From the NCBI GenBank assembly GCA_011109175.1, contig RDEW01000011.1, forward strand, positions 493,455 through 557,454: a stretch of DNA of 64,000 nt. The letters run 5' to 3'. The notes below the pieces were generated by a model. The model did no database searches. It was not told where the DNA came from and saw nothing but the letters and a program-made list of their open reading frames with translations. Of this stretch, positions 1-13,244 are shown one piece after another. Position 1 is the first letter of the stretch, and each line of letters starts with the position of its first letter. This DNA is from Dicyema japonicum. Its lineage: Eukaryota > Animalia > Dicyemida. The position numbers and the translations under genes were made by a program.

Positions 1-1015
1 TGACTGTGAAAATTTTAGTTTCTGTTCTTGTTGGTTGTTCGATTTCTAACAACTTTTCAGCACTCCATGGATTTGAGTTCGTAGTTTTAGATTCTGTTCT
101 TGTGGGTTTTTCAATATCCGAAAAATTTGTAGTCTCCCAAGGATTTGACTGTGATTGTTTAGTTTCCGTTCCTGAAGATTGCTTAATTTCGGACAATTTT
201 TTAACCTCCCATGGATTTGATTGCGATATTTCGGTTTTTTGTCTTGAAGGTTCTTTAATATCAGACAATTTTTGAGTATTATATGGAGTTGACTGTAATG
301 CTATAATTTCTGTTCCTGAAGGTTTCTTATTTTCAAATATTTTTTTAGCCTCCAATATATTTGCTCCACGGATTGTCGCCTTCGTTTCAACAGGTCGTTT
401 AATTTCCGAAAAATTTTTAGCTTCCCGAGGATTTGACCTTATTTCTATTTTTGAAAGTTGTTTAATTTCAAACAACTTTTTAGCTTCCCAAAAATTTGAT
501 GGTGATATATATGTCTCAGACAATGAAGATTGCTTATTTTCAGATAATTTTTTAGCCTCCCATGAATTCGATTGCGATATTTTAGTTTTTGGTCCTGGAG
601 GTGTCCTAACATCAGACAATTTTTGAGCGTTATATAGATTTGACTGTGATATTCTAGTCTCCCTTTCCATTGGTTGTTTCACTTCAGAAAATGGTTTACT
701 CTTGGAAAATTTATTCCTCTCAGAAATTCCCTTTGATGAGTCAAATTGCATGTTTTGCTGATTTTTATTATCTTCTAAAAAAATTGATTTAACTTTGCCA
801 ATATTTCCCGTAGATCTTGTTCTTTCTTTGTTGAATGCCATATTCTCAATTTGAATGACAATATCTTTAACCATAATTGTGTTTTCGTGATTCGCAGATT
901 TTTTTGAAAGCAAATATTCTCCATTATCCTTCGTAGTACCTGGTCCATTTCTCAACAACTCCCTTTCTTCATTTTCTTTATTTGTAAGTATAGTTAATTT
1001 ATTTCTGGTTGTCAT
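1..1015 (-). CDS. Repeat-rich hypothetical protein (about 21-aa tandem repeats like ETKISQSNPWEAKKLSEIKQP), 3'-partial
   Basis: Manual translation from ATG at 1015 (MTTRNKLTILTNKENEE...) stays open to the window edge, so it is absent from the ORF track; recurrent SQSNPWEAKK motif about every 63 bp. Confidence 0.7.
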   Translation of the reverse strand, partial: MTTRNKLTILTNKENEERELLRNGPGTTKDNGEYLLSKKSANHENTIMVKDIVIQIENMAFNKERTRSTGNIGKVKSIFLEDNKNQQNMQFDSSKGISERNKFSKSKPFSEVKQPMERETRISQSNLYNAQKLSDVRTPPGPKTKISQSNSWEAKKLSENKQSSLSETYISPSNFWEAKKLFEIKQLSKIEIRSNPREAKNFSEIKRPVETKATIRGANILEAKKIFENKKPSGTEIIALQSTPYNTQKLSDIKEPSRQKTEISQSNPWEVKKLSEIKQSSGTETKQSQSNPWETTNFSDIEKPTRTESKTTNSNPWSAEKLLEIEQPTRTETKIFTV

Positions 1016-1170
1016 ATTTCGCCCACTGACCTATATTTTCTAGGAAGATATTCTTTTATAACATTAAATAATTCACGTAATAAATAGTTATTTTGTTAAT
1101 TCCTTATATTTCTGGGAAATTCTAGGTTATTTTTTTACACTAAAAATCTATTCGTTGATTTGCAAGCATC

Positions 1171-1302
1171 CAGTTCCTGGCCGGCATCCAAGAAGTATCT
1201 CTCTTCTCCACTTGATGGGTTCTCGCAACTGCAGATATATATGAATTTGTTGCTTCGAAAGGATGCTTAACTCCGACTGTGGGAACTGAATATACTTTAA
1301 TC
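1171..1302 (+). mobile_element. Diverged copy of SINE family 2 (CCGCGTGGC family)
   Basis: cagttcctggccggca...gggttctcgcaactgca...gtgggaactgaatatacttt resembles cagtgccagaccggca...gggtttccacaactgca...gtggaaactggatacactt of the copies at 33635 and 50075. Confidence 0.45.
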
Positions 1303-2856
1303 AAACGTTAATTGGCACAACCTCTTTCCAGAATTATTAATCAAATAAATCTCTTAATTTACAGTGAAGCCATTAGATGATCCTCAGTAATCTCTTCTTA
1401 GCTCGTTGTTATTCCACAAATCTTAGGCACTCTCTGTCTTCTTGCTGTACAATCAGGAGCTCGTGTGAGATGAACTGGGGTATCAAAGGGGGAGGTCTTA
1501 GCTCTGTGTTCTTTTCTAAATCTAATTCTTTTTGACTAAGGTCTCAAAGGGGATAGGATCTTTAACGGGGGTAAAATCATAGAGTTATTTCATTAATTAC
1601 ATTAAACAAGATTACATTCATTAGCATTATTTGTTATAATTCTATAACTCGTGATTTGATGCTGCAAAATTTGCCTGTTATTACTGGCAACTTACACATT
1701 AATTACAGATCATATTAACTATTATCCTGCACGTGAAACTTGAGAAAGATAATCTCAGAACTTCAGGTTTCTTATGTTTCCTGAGTGCTCCACTTTGTCC
1801 AAGCTTACGAGAAGGAAGACAGGGGTTAAGTAAATATTCTATGCAATAGAGATGCGTACCCACTTTAACCTTCGACTAATTAACTACTTGTATTATGTAG
1901 GTAGGCTCAACTTATTTCATATTCTCCATACGAAAACGCTAATAAACCAAGGAAACAGTATATTGCAATCAGCTACAAGGACATAGATCGTTCCCAACAT
2001 GTGAAATATTGCAGACCAAAAACCAGCACTCATGACACCTTCCTCACTCGTGCATATAGCCCCTTCAGCGTCTTTTTCATTCACCTCAAATAATCAGGAT
2101 CACTCGTTAGGATTGCGTTAACGGGTTTGTATAACTTTTCGATTGGCACTCATACTCTTCAATATTTAGAAAAAATCCTTGATCAGCCGATTCTGAAGAC
2201 AGAATAGTCGAAAAATATTAGAATACGCCAGTTCTTACTGGATGTTTACATTTTCTTCTTCAATATCAACTTGAACGACAGAAAAACGTTGCATCTTCTT
2301 TTGTCAGAGTTCATTCTTCTCCACTCTCCTAAGAAAAGTCCCCAAGGGACCACGGCTATGGTTCTCGTGTTTTTACAAATAACTGGACTTCACGTGCTCC
2401 TGGCTTCCTCGTTATAGTCAATCGTTGATCTTTCCACTGATAGTCTCGCTCCATCTCTGTAGAATCTGTATGTCATCCTCGCCGAAGGGGTAAAATCCTT
2501 TTTATGTTGTAACAAGTCATCGTCATCCAGAAAGGGATATTCTTTAATATGACTACAAGTGGTCTCGAAGTTGCCTCAATGATTTTGTAATTTCCAATCC
2601 CGAATGGCGATATCATGTTTACTTTCACCAGGAATTTGTTTTTATCTTCAATTTCTTAAATTCCACACGAAAGGAACCCGATGACTATAAAAGCGCTAGA
2701 TTCCTATATAAAAGTCGATCAGTACTGGAGAAGATAGCACAAACACAGTACTGCGGTCAGTTTCCTTTATGATATTCCCTTATGCTTTCTTTGACTTTCT
2801 CTAAAAGTATGAGTCCACTTAAGGAAAAAAGAAATAATATGCTCTAGTTAAGGATT

Positions 2857-5302
2857 TCAATTGTTAGATTTAACTAAGTCTAAGTATCCTGTGGAACAAG
2901 CTGAATCATCTCTATTTTATTCTCTTCACGTTAGAAAGCGGCTGTAATAAAAACAAGTGATACTGATTGATTAGCTTCTAAATTTTGTTGATTGAAAAAT
3001 TCAAAGTTCACTTGGTTATAATCGTCGGACACCTTGGACTGTTCACCAATAATTATGGGTCTATCCACTACTTCTGATTGAGATCGATTACTCGGATATT
3101 GTCTGCTTAATGTTAACACGAGAATCAACCTCATTATTTGAGCTTGAATTGAACCTAAATTGGAAAATCTTTTAGCCCACATATGTTCCATCTTATCTGA
3201 AAGCTGCTCTGAACTTCCATCGTTAATTGCCGACTGAGTATATTTTTGAATTTTACGTCTGGGTTAGGTTTCGAACTGTTCTCGTGTCGTATAGCCGTAG
3301 AAGAATCGTTAGTATGCTGAGATTTGATTTCCCCAGTATTCTTAACATTCCCTCCTTGTAAAAAATTCCACCGTTTTCAAGCATTTTTCTGAGATTTGGA
3401 GAAAAATGATTGCTTTTTGAATCTCTGATATTTTTCAAAGTGGAATAAACATCGGCGTCAAACTTTTTAGGAGAAAAAAACGTATCCGAACATTTTTTGT
3501 CTTCTTTTTTGATTGAAATGTCTGAAATTTTGTAATTTTCAATGAATTCTATTGCATTGCTTTGTGGGACAATTTCTTCAAAAATTTTCTTTGGAATGAA
3601 TTTTTGCGTAGAGAGCTTCTCGTGTGGTTCCCCGGGGTCCAAGAAATTCGTTTCAAAGTCGATTGGTGGACTAAAATCAACAGTTTTTGGGTTAGTGTTT
3701 TTTTCATGATTCATCAAAATCGGCGGATCGGTTGTATCTGAAATCACGGAAGTCATAAAATCCATACTTAAAGATGTATCGGAATTTTTAGATTTATCTC
3801 GGAGTTTATTTTCAATTTCAATGTTTTCAGTAACTTTCCTGTCTATCAAAGTCGAACAATCATCAAAATCTGAAACAAAGGACTTCATTTCCATATTTGG
3901 AAATTTTTTGGAATTCATAGATTCATTGTTAGTAATACTATCAAATTTTATGTCTTCGTTTATTTCAGCCGGCTCGAAAATCAGTAGATCATCTATATCT
4001 GCAAACATGGACGACATAAAATCAATATTTTGAGATGTGAAGGAATTTTGAAATTCAGTGTCAAACATACTATCATTTTCTGTGTCCTCGATTTTTTAAT
4101 TTCCTTGAAAATTGACGGATCACTCATATCCACAAACGAGGACATCGTTTCAATATTTGGGGTTATATTTGAATTTTGAGAATCATTGTATGTTATATGA
4201 TCAATCTGTATGTCTTCAGTTTTTTCCGGCGTTCCACCAATCGATGGATCATCCATGTCTACGGGCGATGGCATCACAACATCAATATTTTGAGATGTTG
4301 AGGAATTTTGAAATACAGTGTCGAGAATATTATCATTTTCTATTTCCTCGGTTTTTTCAAATGCTTTGAAAATCAACGGATCTGTCATTTCTGTAAGCGA
4401 GGAAGTCATTTCCATATTTTGGGTTATCTTTGAATTTTGAGATTCATTGTCCGCTATATTATCAGCCTCCATGTCCTCAATTTTTTCCAATTTTCCATCA
4501 ATCGATGGATCATCCATGTCTACTGGCGATGACGTCACAAAATCAATATTTTGAAATGTGGAAGAATTTTGAAGTTCAGTGTCTTGCATATTATCATTTT
4601 CAGTTTTTCCGTGTGTTTCGGAAATCGATGGGTCATCTATAAAAGATGATGCCATTTCCATATTTTGGGTTATCTTTGTGTTTTGAGATTCACTGTCCTC
4701 TATATTATCAGTCCTCATGTCCTCAATTTTTCCCGATGTTTCACCAATCGATGGATTAGCAATTTCAATAATCGGAGACGTTTTAACATCTTTATTTCTT
4801 ATGTTTGATTGCTGAGATTTGTTATCTCGGTCATATCTCGGCTCGATATTTTTATTAGGAAATTGGGTTGGCACATTAACCTCAATATTTTCAGAAACAT
4901 TATTTTTGAGCTTAGCTGGATCATCAGATCTAATTGCATATGTGGGAATTTGTTCAGCCTTTAGTTCCTTCTGATCTTGGCTATCCCCGTCTTTATTTTT
5001 CGGCAAAATGTTTCTACGTTGAAAAATGACTCGAACGTATTAGTGTTATCAGATCTTCGTGCAATATTCAAATTTGTTGGCTTGTTTACGTTTCTTGCAT
5101 ACTTCTTCCGTATCTTTTCCTGAGATTCCCGTTGCTTAGCAAGAATTAATTTTCTATTGGTGAAAGAAATTCCATATTCGCCCATATTAGCTGAAGCATG
5201 TTTATTCCATGTTGAAGAGATCAAATTCCCACTTAAGTCATCGTTTTTTGTTTTTCGGCTTACATCAGCTGACTGTGGTTTTGTTTTGTTTGAATCAGTC
5301 AT
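2857..5302 (-). CDS. Large acidic Ser/Asn-rich protein with about 43-aa tandem repeats (SPVDMDDPSI...QNS.ITQNME)
   Basis: ORFs 4961-5479, 3993-5006, 3253-4068 and 2931-3191 join into one frame if one base is added at homopolymers near 5005, 4092 and 3360, plus a 23-nt and a 22-nt GT-AG intron near the 3' end; start codon uncertain. Confidence 0.6.
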
Positions 5303-5450
5303 ATTTTGGCTATTACTAAGTAATATCAATAAAGTAAACCAGCGTTTTAAATAATTTATGCTCGTTAAATGCGTATTGTTATGTGGTTGGCATTTTAATA
5401 AATGTAATTTTATATTTAACAAAACATTAAAATAATATTTTTTATCAATT

Positions 5451-5720
5451 CGTGGGTTCGAGTTTTCAACGATGGTCAATTCTCGTAAACATATTCCCCC
5501 GAGGCAACGAGTCCTTCTTGCACGACACAGTAGTAGAGAGGGATCTTTTTAGCTTCTCCCTGACCAAATCCTCTGGTGAAGATTGTGAAAACTCTTCCGC
5601 CGAAGAATGAAGTGATGTCAGCGACGGTAGGCCGCGTGAAGAAATGGAAGAAGGAATCTCTTCTTAAGTGGAAGCCTTTAATGGACTATTGGAAGATGGA
5701 TTTGACGAAGACAAGGAGAT
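5451..5720 (+). mobile_element. tRNA-derived SINE family 1, truncated copy
   Basis: Shares cgtgggttcga, gaggcaacgagtccttct, ctgaccaaatcctctg, gaagtgatgtc and ctattggaagatggattt with the copy at 6843-7285. Confidence 0.8.
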
Positions 5721-5939
5721 GTTTAACCTTAGTTCACATGGCCTATATCTTTCATTCGCGACTAATGTATCTCCATTTATGCGTTTTGGCTAAAAACTGA
5801 GAATTCTTTGTTCGGCCGTTAATTAACGCTTATTTAGTAAAATAATCAGTAATTATTTTTTACTGCATTTTTAATCTGTGCTCAGAATACTTCAATTTTT
5901 TCAAATACACTAATATCTACTTTACCAAATGGTCAAGGC

Positions 5940-6350
5940 TAGCTGCACTCAAATTGAAAACGCATTCCTCTAAGGAAATGCGCTCAATAAGCCAGCTCCT
6001 TTATCTATCATCCTATTTCCCCATTGCGATGAGCGATCCTACACGGTTCAGCAGGGTCAATGATCTGTTTCCTGAGTCCTGATGTTTCCACGGTGAGTGT
6101 CACCGAGACATTGGTATTTCTTATTGTTTAATATCTCAGCCTTTGCCGTGGTTGATCCTGGGTGAGTTGCTGTCATTGCAAGGTTAGAGGGAGAGATTCC
6201 ATCCATGTTGGTGGGGTCCCAGGCAAGGTATCTTCCACCTTTCCATGGGAAGAGAGTTGTACCGTGAGCCTTTTGTTGGCTGGAGCCAGTCAGAGAGGTT
6301 CCAACTGAACAAGAAATCTGCCCAATTCCAGTCCCCACATAATAACTCTT
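5940..6350 (-). mobile_element. CRE-like non-LTR retrotransposon, degenerate RLE domain
   Basis: Translation GTTLFPWKGGRYLAWDPTNMD...AKAEILNNKKYQCL matches the PDGxTxxPWxxGxxLxWDxTxxD RLE signature seen intact at 35009-35449. Confidence 0.65.
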
Positions 6351-6842
6351 TGATGCCTCTGTGCTTTGGACTTTTCGACGCTCATCAGGCAGGAATGAGT
6401 GTGAAGACCTTTAGCATCGACTATTCTTTAGTAAAAATTGAATAATATTATTAAAACGTTGTGGTTGATAGTTTCTGTCTTTCGGATCGTCTATATTAGA
6501 CAGAATGTCTTGACTACCCCCAAAATAATAAAGATTTCCCAAATCGAAGGGCATTTGACTTGGTTCAGTATCATTATGACTTGAAGAATTCAATTATCCT
6601 AGACTTGATGAAAGTCAGTGAAGTTCAAGGACAGTGGACTTGAATATTGGATGGTACACTCTCTAACCTCTCTTGTGTTTCAGAATAAGGAAAATAGTAA
6701 TTTGAAGGACTTCAGACCATAATTGGGGGTAAATGGAATTACAGGGTTTCCACATCAAATTAGTCACTTTCGAGATCAGATCCAATCCAATTAAGTCACG
6801 TTCCAAATCAATTAAGTCGTTGTCCACTTCAAACTAGTCACC

Positions 6843-7285
6843 GGCCTTCTGGCTGAACGTCTGATGACATCGGATCTGAAGGTCGTGGGTTCGAATCCGA
6901 AAGATGGAGTTTTCAGCGAAAGCCAATTCTTGTCAAACAGATCCCACCGTGAGGCGACGAGTCCTTCTGGCACGACAAAGTAGTTAAAAAAGATCTTACT
7001 ACCTTTCTCCCTGACCAAATCCTCTGATGAAGATTGCATTATGAAAACTATTCCGCTAAAGAAAGAAGTGATGTCCGCGACGGTAGGACGTGAGACAAAA
7101 ATGGAAAAGGACGGACCTACTTCCCCACCTTTTTTCGAAAGCGAAAGCCTGTAATGTAGTATTGGAAGATGGATTTAATCGGCACAAGCAGATGTTCTCC
7201 CTTTGGTTCCTTCCTTGGATTAGTTAGTATGACTATTTGTGCTGGTCATACAATGGTAAGCATGGGGTTAATAATAATAATAACA
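6843..7285 (+). mobile_element. tRNA-derived SINE family 1, full-length copy (443 bp)
   Basis: A-box-like TGGCTGAACG, B box GGTTCGAATCC, (TAA)n tail, 7-bp TSD AGTCACC at 6836-6842 and 7286-7292; five further copies in the window. Confidence 0.85.
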
Positions 7286-7469
7286 AGTCACCTTCAACTA
7301 AAAATAAGTAATTATATTTTTTTTAAACAAAATTTTCAAATCAATAAAAAACCAAAGTATTTATTTTAAAAGACTGCAACATTTCCAACCTGAAAATTTC
7401 TCCTCCATAGACAAAGCTGTATACTATTTCAACAAAACAATCATTGACGGGAGAAAAATTTTTTTCAGA

Positions 7470-9292
7470 AAAGCATATATAAAAAACGAAAAATTGAAAT
7501 ATGACTCAAAAACAAAGAAAATAATTATGGAAAGAAACAACCTTAAGAAAATGATGCATCGTTCACGAGAGGTTATTAATCGAATCAGGTCACTAAACAT
7601 TCTTATCACGAAAAGCACAAACAACACCCAAAGGAAGAAATTCATGCGAATCTCTGCTGCCATGAATAATCAGACCTCAATTTCCAACATGTGGAAGATG
7701 TTGAGGCGTCTGAAGAACCCAGAATACGAAGATAACAAAGAACAATGCCAGCTCAATCTGAATAAATATATGAAACATTGTATTCGAATCAGTCACATTC
7801 CTTATAAAAAGATTAACACACAAACGAAAATAAAGAGAAAGCCATCCAAATTTGCCCCGCTGATTTATTTTCTCCCTAAAGATGTATCCAAAGCAATATC
7901 AAATCAGAAAAAAACAAACTCATGTGGCCCAGACGGAATTCTCTCTTATTCTGCTGAAACACTTGGGCCCAGCATCAATAAATGCATTAAAAACATCTAC
8001 AACACATCGCTGAACATAAATACCATACCGACTTTATGGAAACTATCAAAAATTCGACCAATATTGAAGCCGGGAAGACCGAAGAACGATCCCGGCTCTT
8101 ACAGACCAGTTTCCCCTTATATGTGTTTTGTCGAGGATCCTGGAGAAACTGGTCCTAAAAGTTATTCGCCCTTCTCCCACAACCTACATTCCAACATGGC
8201 TTCAAGGAAGGATTATCAACAACCTCCTTCCTAACAACATTAATGAAGTTCATAACTGAAGGACACAAGAACAAGCCAAAACAGGAAAAATCGGTCATAT
8301 GTACGATCGATATTCAAAAAGCTTCGACTTGTCCCAAGGAAGATCCTCATACGAAAAATATTTTTGACAAAAATTGATGCACCATTAAAGTTATGGTTAG
8401 CAAATTTCGTAAGTGGACGCCGAGGGAAAGTATCCGTCGGAAACAAGAGTTCCAGATCGGGATTATTACCCAATGGTGTACCCCAAGGATCTCCTCTGTC
8501 ACCAATCCTTTTTAATTTGTTTTTGAGTGATCTCCCCGTACCTATGAATAATAATGACATACTACTTTCCTATGCCGATGACATAGTTGTCGCATCTAGA
8601 GACGTAAACGTCGAACATGCTAAGGAAAGACTACAAGGAATACTAAATAACATATTTGGATGGTTGTGCGAAATCGATTAAATGCATGTTCCGAAAAGTC
8701 AGCAGTCACTCTATTTACTAAGAATAGAAAGATGGGAACGCAAACAATTGATGTCACGTTAAATGGAGTACCTATACCACAAAAGAAATCGCAGAAGATA
8801 CTGGGAGTAACTTTTGATACTTTCCTCTGCTTCTCAGCCCATTTGGAATCTATCATATCAACCTGTGCAAAAAAGATCAATTTTGTAAAGGCCTTCCTTT
8901 GGAACTGTGGAGGAATTTATCCGCCAGGTATCGGGACCCTCTACAAGCAGTATGTCGAGCCACCAATAGGCTATGCATGGGGATCTGACCAGTTGGCAAC
9001 GAACTTAACAAAAATTCAAGAGATCCAGTCAAGAGCAAAAAAATTACTAGAAAAATATACAGATAAAGAAATTGCCCCCAGAGCACTCGAGTCTATCATA
9101 GAGGCAACTGGAGGCAATTTCAGAAGAGAAAAGTAAAAAGACCCCCGTCCGTATAGAAAATGCGTGGGATCACGGTCGGAGCCTCGAGAAAAAATGGCCC
9201 GATTATTGAGAGATCCCGGGATCACCTGAATATTAGTTATTGGTTAAGACGGTGTTTCTTTGGCTTAAATAATAATAATAAAAAGACAATCA
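7470..9292 (+). mobile_element. I-group (Ingi/Vingi-like) LINE, 5'-truncated frameshifted RT
   Basis: SCGPDGI, WKLSKIRPILKPG...SYRP, GVPQGSPLSPILF, YADD and LGVTFD motifs; 3' end ggcttaaataataataata. Confidence 0.85.
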
Positions 9293-9479
9293 AAAATTTA
9301 TACCTAATTCAGAATAACAGAAAATCTTTTATATTCCGTAACTATTTCAACATGTGTCTAAAAAACAATCAAGTAGTTATGAGTTTTTTTCAAATAAAAA
9401 TTGTTCAACCCTTAGAATAAAAAATCTTGCCAAAACACGACTTCTTGACAGCCGTCTAACATCTGATGATACAAGAGAA

Positions 9480-11400
9480 CAGTGGCGTCTGCATCATATT
9501 ATTATTTGCACTTATCGCTATGTCATAGGACTTGACAAAGCATCTGCAACACGAGTTAACAAATCACTAGTTAATTTCATCCACTTCCTCATGTTCAAAG
9601 CCGCAGTGCGTAACCAGTCAAGATCCTCTCCACTTCTAAGATGCCGTCCCATTTCTTTGAGGGCCTCGTCGAGAACTACTGGCAGTGTCGTCCTTGAGCA
9701 ACCACGGAGACGGGGGGCTTCCAATTGAAGTAATCCTCCATAGCTACGTTCGCGGGGCATCTAGGTCCAGTCGCAGAATATCGTGTATCCAGAAATTCAT
9801 TTGAAATTTCAGAGGTCCACGTCTTTTTATAGAGAAGATTTGATGACATCCTCGTATCACTTCTTTCGAACATCATATGCCGTAGTTGGTCTCTATGAAA
9901 CGCATTAAGCCTATTCAGTTCATTTTTTGAGCAGACCTAGGTACCAGTGTTATACAGTAGTATGGGATTCACTAGCGAGTTGTATAATCGAGTTTTTGTT
10001 TATAATGTCAAGGCTTTTTTTGTGGAGCCAGGTGTTCTTCAGTCTGAAGAAAACAGTTTGTGCTAAGGTTTTCCTTCTTGTAATGTCTTCATGGTCTCCT
10101 AGGAGGGAGCCAAGCTTTTTGCACTTGCGCCAGTTGCTCCTCCGTCCTTGTTTCTTCCCTCTTCCCTCTTGAGTTCAGTTACCTCAGTCTTGTCCGGATT
10201 TACTGTTGAAACGTCATCAGAGGATACTCACTGCGGAACTGGATTGTCTAGAAAGTACCCACACACAAGAAAAAAAAAGAAGTGAAGATCATTTCTTGGT
10301 TCTACGATTAGTTAAAATTAACTGTTTTTTACTTAAATAAAGTGCGTGTTTTGACATGCGGAGCTATAAATATTATAGCTCTCCTGAAAAGGCTGTTATT
10401 ACTATTAAACTAGTCTTCCAGGCACTTCTTCTAACAAGCGGGTGAGTGATATTTTGTCATTTGAAATAAAGTCTACGTCGTCAGCATACGCAATAATGTT
10501 TGTCTTTTCACCCAGTATCGGTTTTGATTCCCGTAGAGCAGCTTCAATATGACAAAAAGAATAGGTGATAATGGGTCTCTCTGTTGAGTGCCAACAGTCG
10601 TCTCAAATCGGCGAGACAAGGCTCCCCCGACTCTTACAATGAGCCAAGTATCAGCTAGGAGGGTGGTGGCCATTCTGACAGTGGAAGCGTCTAGGAAACT
10701 CCCCAGAACCAGTATTAGCCTCCGTCTGTCGACAGAGTCGAAGGTCCTTGAAATGTCGATTCCGAGGATGGTTGTAGACATTTTGAACTTTTAAAGGCCG
10801 CAGATCTCCACTTGTGAGACCACAAAACATCGGAAGTAAATCTTCCTTTTCGGAATCCGCTGTGGTATAGTGACAGAAAAGTATCTAGGCGTCCTTCCAT
10901 CCTTTGTAATGTTATGTTCGCCAGAATTTTCTGAAGTGAATTCAGTAATATGACTGGACGGAGGTTCTCCACCTTAGCTCTTGTTTTATTCGCCTACTGT
11001 ACAGGTATCAAAATACCTCTAGTACATCAGAATCCTAGCGATGCATTCATACAGGGTTTGGGTTCCGTATTTGAAGAATTCATCACCAAGTTCGTCGGGG
11101 CCAGGAATCCTGTTGTTTTTCAATTTGGAACTTGCAAATTCAACTTTATATGGTGTGATTTCTTCATCTAATTTCCTCGTTCTAGGATGATAGTGTCGTT
11201 CCTTGGATTGAAAAGTTTTCCAAAGTGGGCAGCGATACTTTCTGCCACTTCCCTTTGGTCCATAATCTGCTATCCTTTGTCATTTCTTATCGGTTGACAG
11301 AGTCTCTTTCCTTTTTATCTGTTTAACAGCCTCGTAGAATTTTGCGTTTTCCTTGATCTACTTTGAAAGATCTTCGACCAGTTCCTTCAGTTTCCAAACG
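9480..11400 (-). mobile_element. RTE-like LINE, degenerate RT and C-terminus
   Basis: NLRPVILLNSLQKIL, SGFRKGRFTSDVLW, GIDISRTFDSVDR, VGTQQRDPLSPILF, KKLGSLLGD and C-terminal RGxxRTTLPVVL. Confidence 0.75.
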
Positions 11401-11489
11401 CTAGAGAGTCCCTACGTTAAACGTGAGAAGGGATAAGTCCAATGGCTTGATACTGTGTTTTCCAGACATTGAGTTCAAGAGCCACGTCA

Positions 11490-11900
<411 letters not shown>

Positions 11901-12986
11901 GCTTCGGAAGCGTTCCTTGGATATCGTGACCTTTTACCCTTTAAACATTCAAGATTACTTCCTTAACGTTCTCTTGTTATGTATTTATTCGAAGATCATT
12001 TGCATATATGTACAGGTAATCATGTTTTTTTAAATTATTTCTCGAAATCTTTCAATTGATTGAAAAGTGAACGAAACTTTTGAATTTATCTTAAATGGGA
12101 AACATTGCGACTTTTCTGTCTCCAATTTTGGAAAACAGCACTAAATCTTCAACATGATGTTTTTATAATAGGATACCTTATAAATCAAATCTTTCAGACT
12201 CGATTTCTGCGTTCCAAAATTACAGGAACCCACACCTCTACAAATTCTTCTCTAAAAGGAACGACGTTGGTACGGAACTTTAGAGGAACACTGAAGATTC
12301 ATCGAAATTGTCCTAATGAATGCTTGGATCTTTTAATCTGTTGCATAGACTTATATTATTTATCATCCGTGCATGTTCCGACAGATGATCTTCCAAATTC
12401 TTTTAATTTTGACTTTACGAGATTTGAACCGAGAATCTGACACTTTTTTTGTTCAGATTTTCTGGCTTCCAATGTCTTCCCAGTCTTATGTGCTGAAAAA
12501 AAAAGGAAGACAAGGGCTTTCATCCATCATGAAGTATACATTTCAGGTAATAGAAGCACGACCCCCTCAAACTTCCGACCAATTAATTACTTGGGACAAT
12601 CAACTAATCTATAAATCTATCTTATAATTCCCTTTTCCATTCAATTCACCATAAGAGATTTGAATCCAGAGCATTGTGTATACGACACTTACTCTTTCTG
12701 AAACATTGTATATATAACGTCACATAATTCCATCGTTTTTACATCCCCACAAAAAAACAATAGGTCGCATCTCCCTTGAAAATATTAAGAAATTCTCGTA
12801 ATAAAATAAGTTATCATTTTAACCATCTGGCCAACTAATTTTGTACGAGTAATTTATTTATTGTCGCATGCTATCATGTCCAGCCAAAGTCTCTATATTA
12901 AACTCTCAAAAAATTTTAAAGCAATCTACGACGTTATGTAATGTAATGTTCATAAAAATCGACAGAGAAAAGCTGAACGTAATCAG

Positions 12987-13240
12987 TAGGGCAATTTTTG
13001 TCAATAAAGTCAAAAATTCATTTGTTCTTAAAATTGCTTAAACCTTATAAAATGTGATTTTTAATCAAAAATTATATAAATCAAAAGTTATAGTCAAAAA
13101 AGTCAAAATTTTGGGAAATATCAAAAAAAGGTCAATAAATTCATAATTTTTATTGATTTTTATTTTTTATTTATTAATTTTAATAGTTTTTTTAATGAAA
13201 TAATAACGTTTCATCAACTGTTATGCCGCATTAAAATCAG
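12987..13240 (+). mobile_element. AT-rich MITE-like repeat with TAGGGCA terminus
   Basis: tagggcaatttttgtcaataaagtcaaaaattc recurs at 44854; internal segments recur at 35940-36085. Confidence 0.55.
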
Positions 13241-13244
13241 GACC

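Noticed and set aside
3821-4642. Plus-strand ORFs antisense to the repeat genes (also 6-275, 18371-18814, 19541-19768)
   Set aside because: Shadows of low-complexity coding sequence on the opposite strand
6843-6915. Functional tRNA gene
   Set aside because: No complete cloverleaf; it is the head of a SINE with a body, tail and TSD
7023-7050. Hammerhead ribozyme core (CTGATGA...GAAA) in SINE family 1
   Set aside because: No convincing stem II and CTGATGA is not conserved in the other copies
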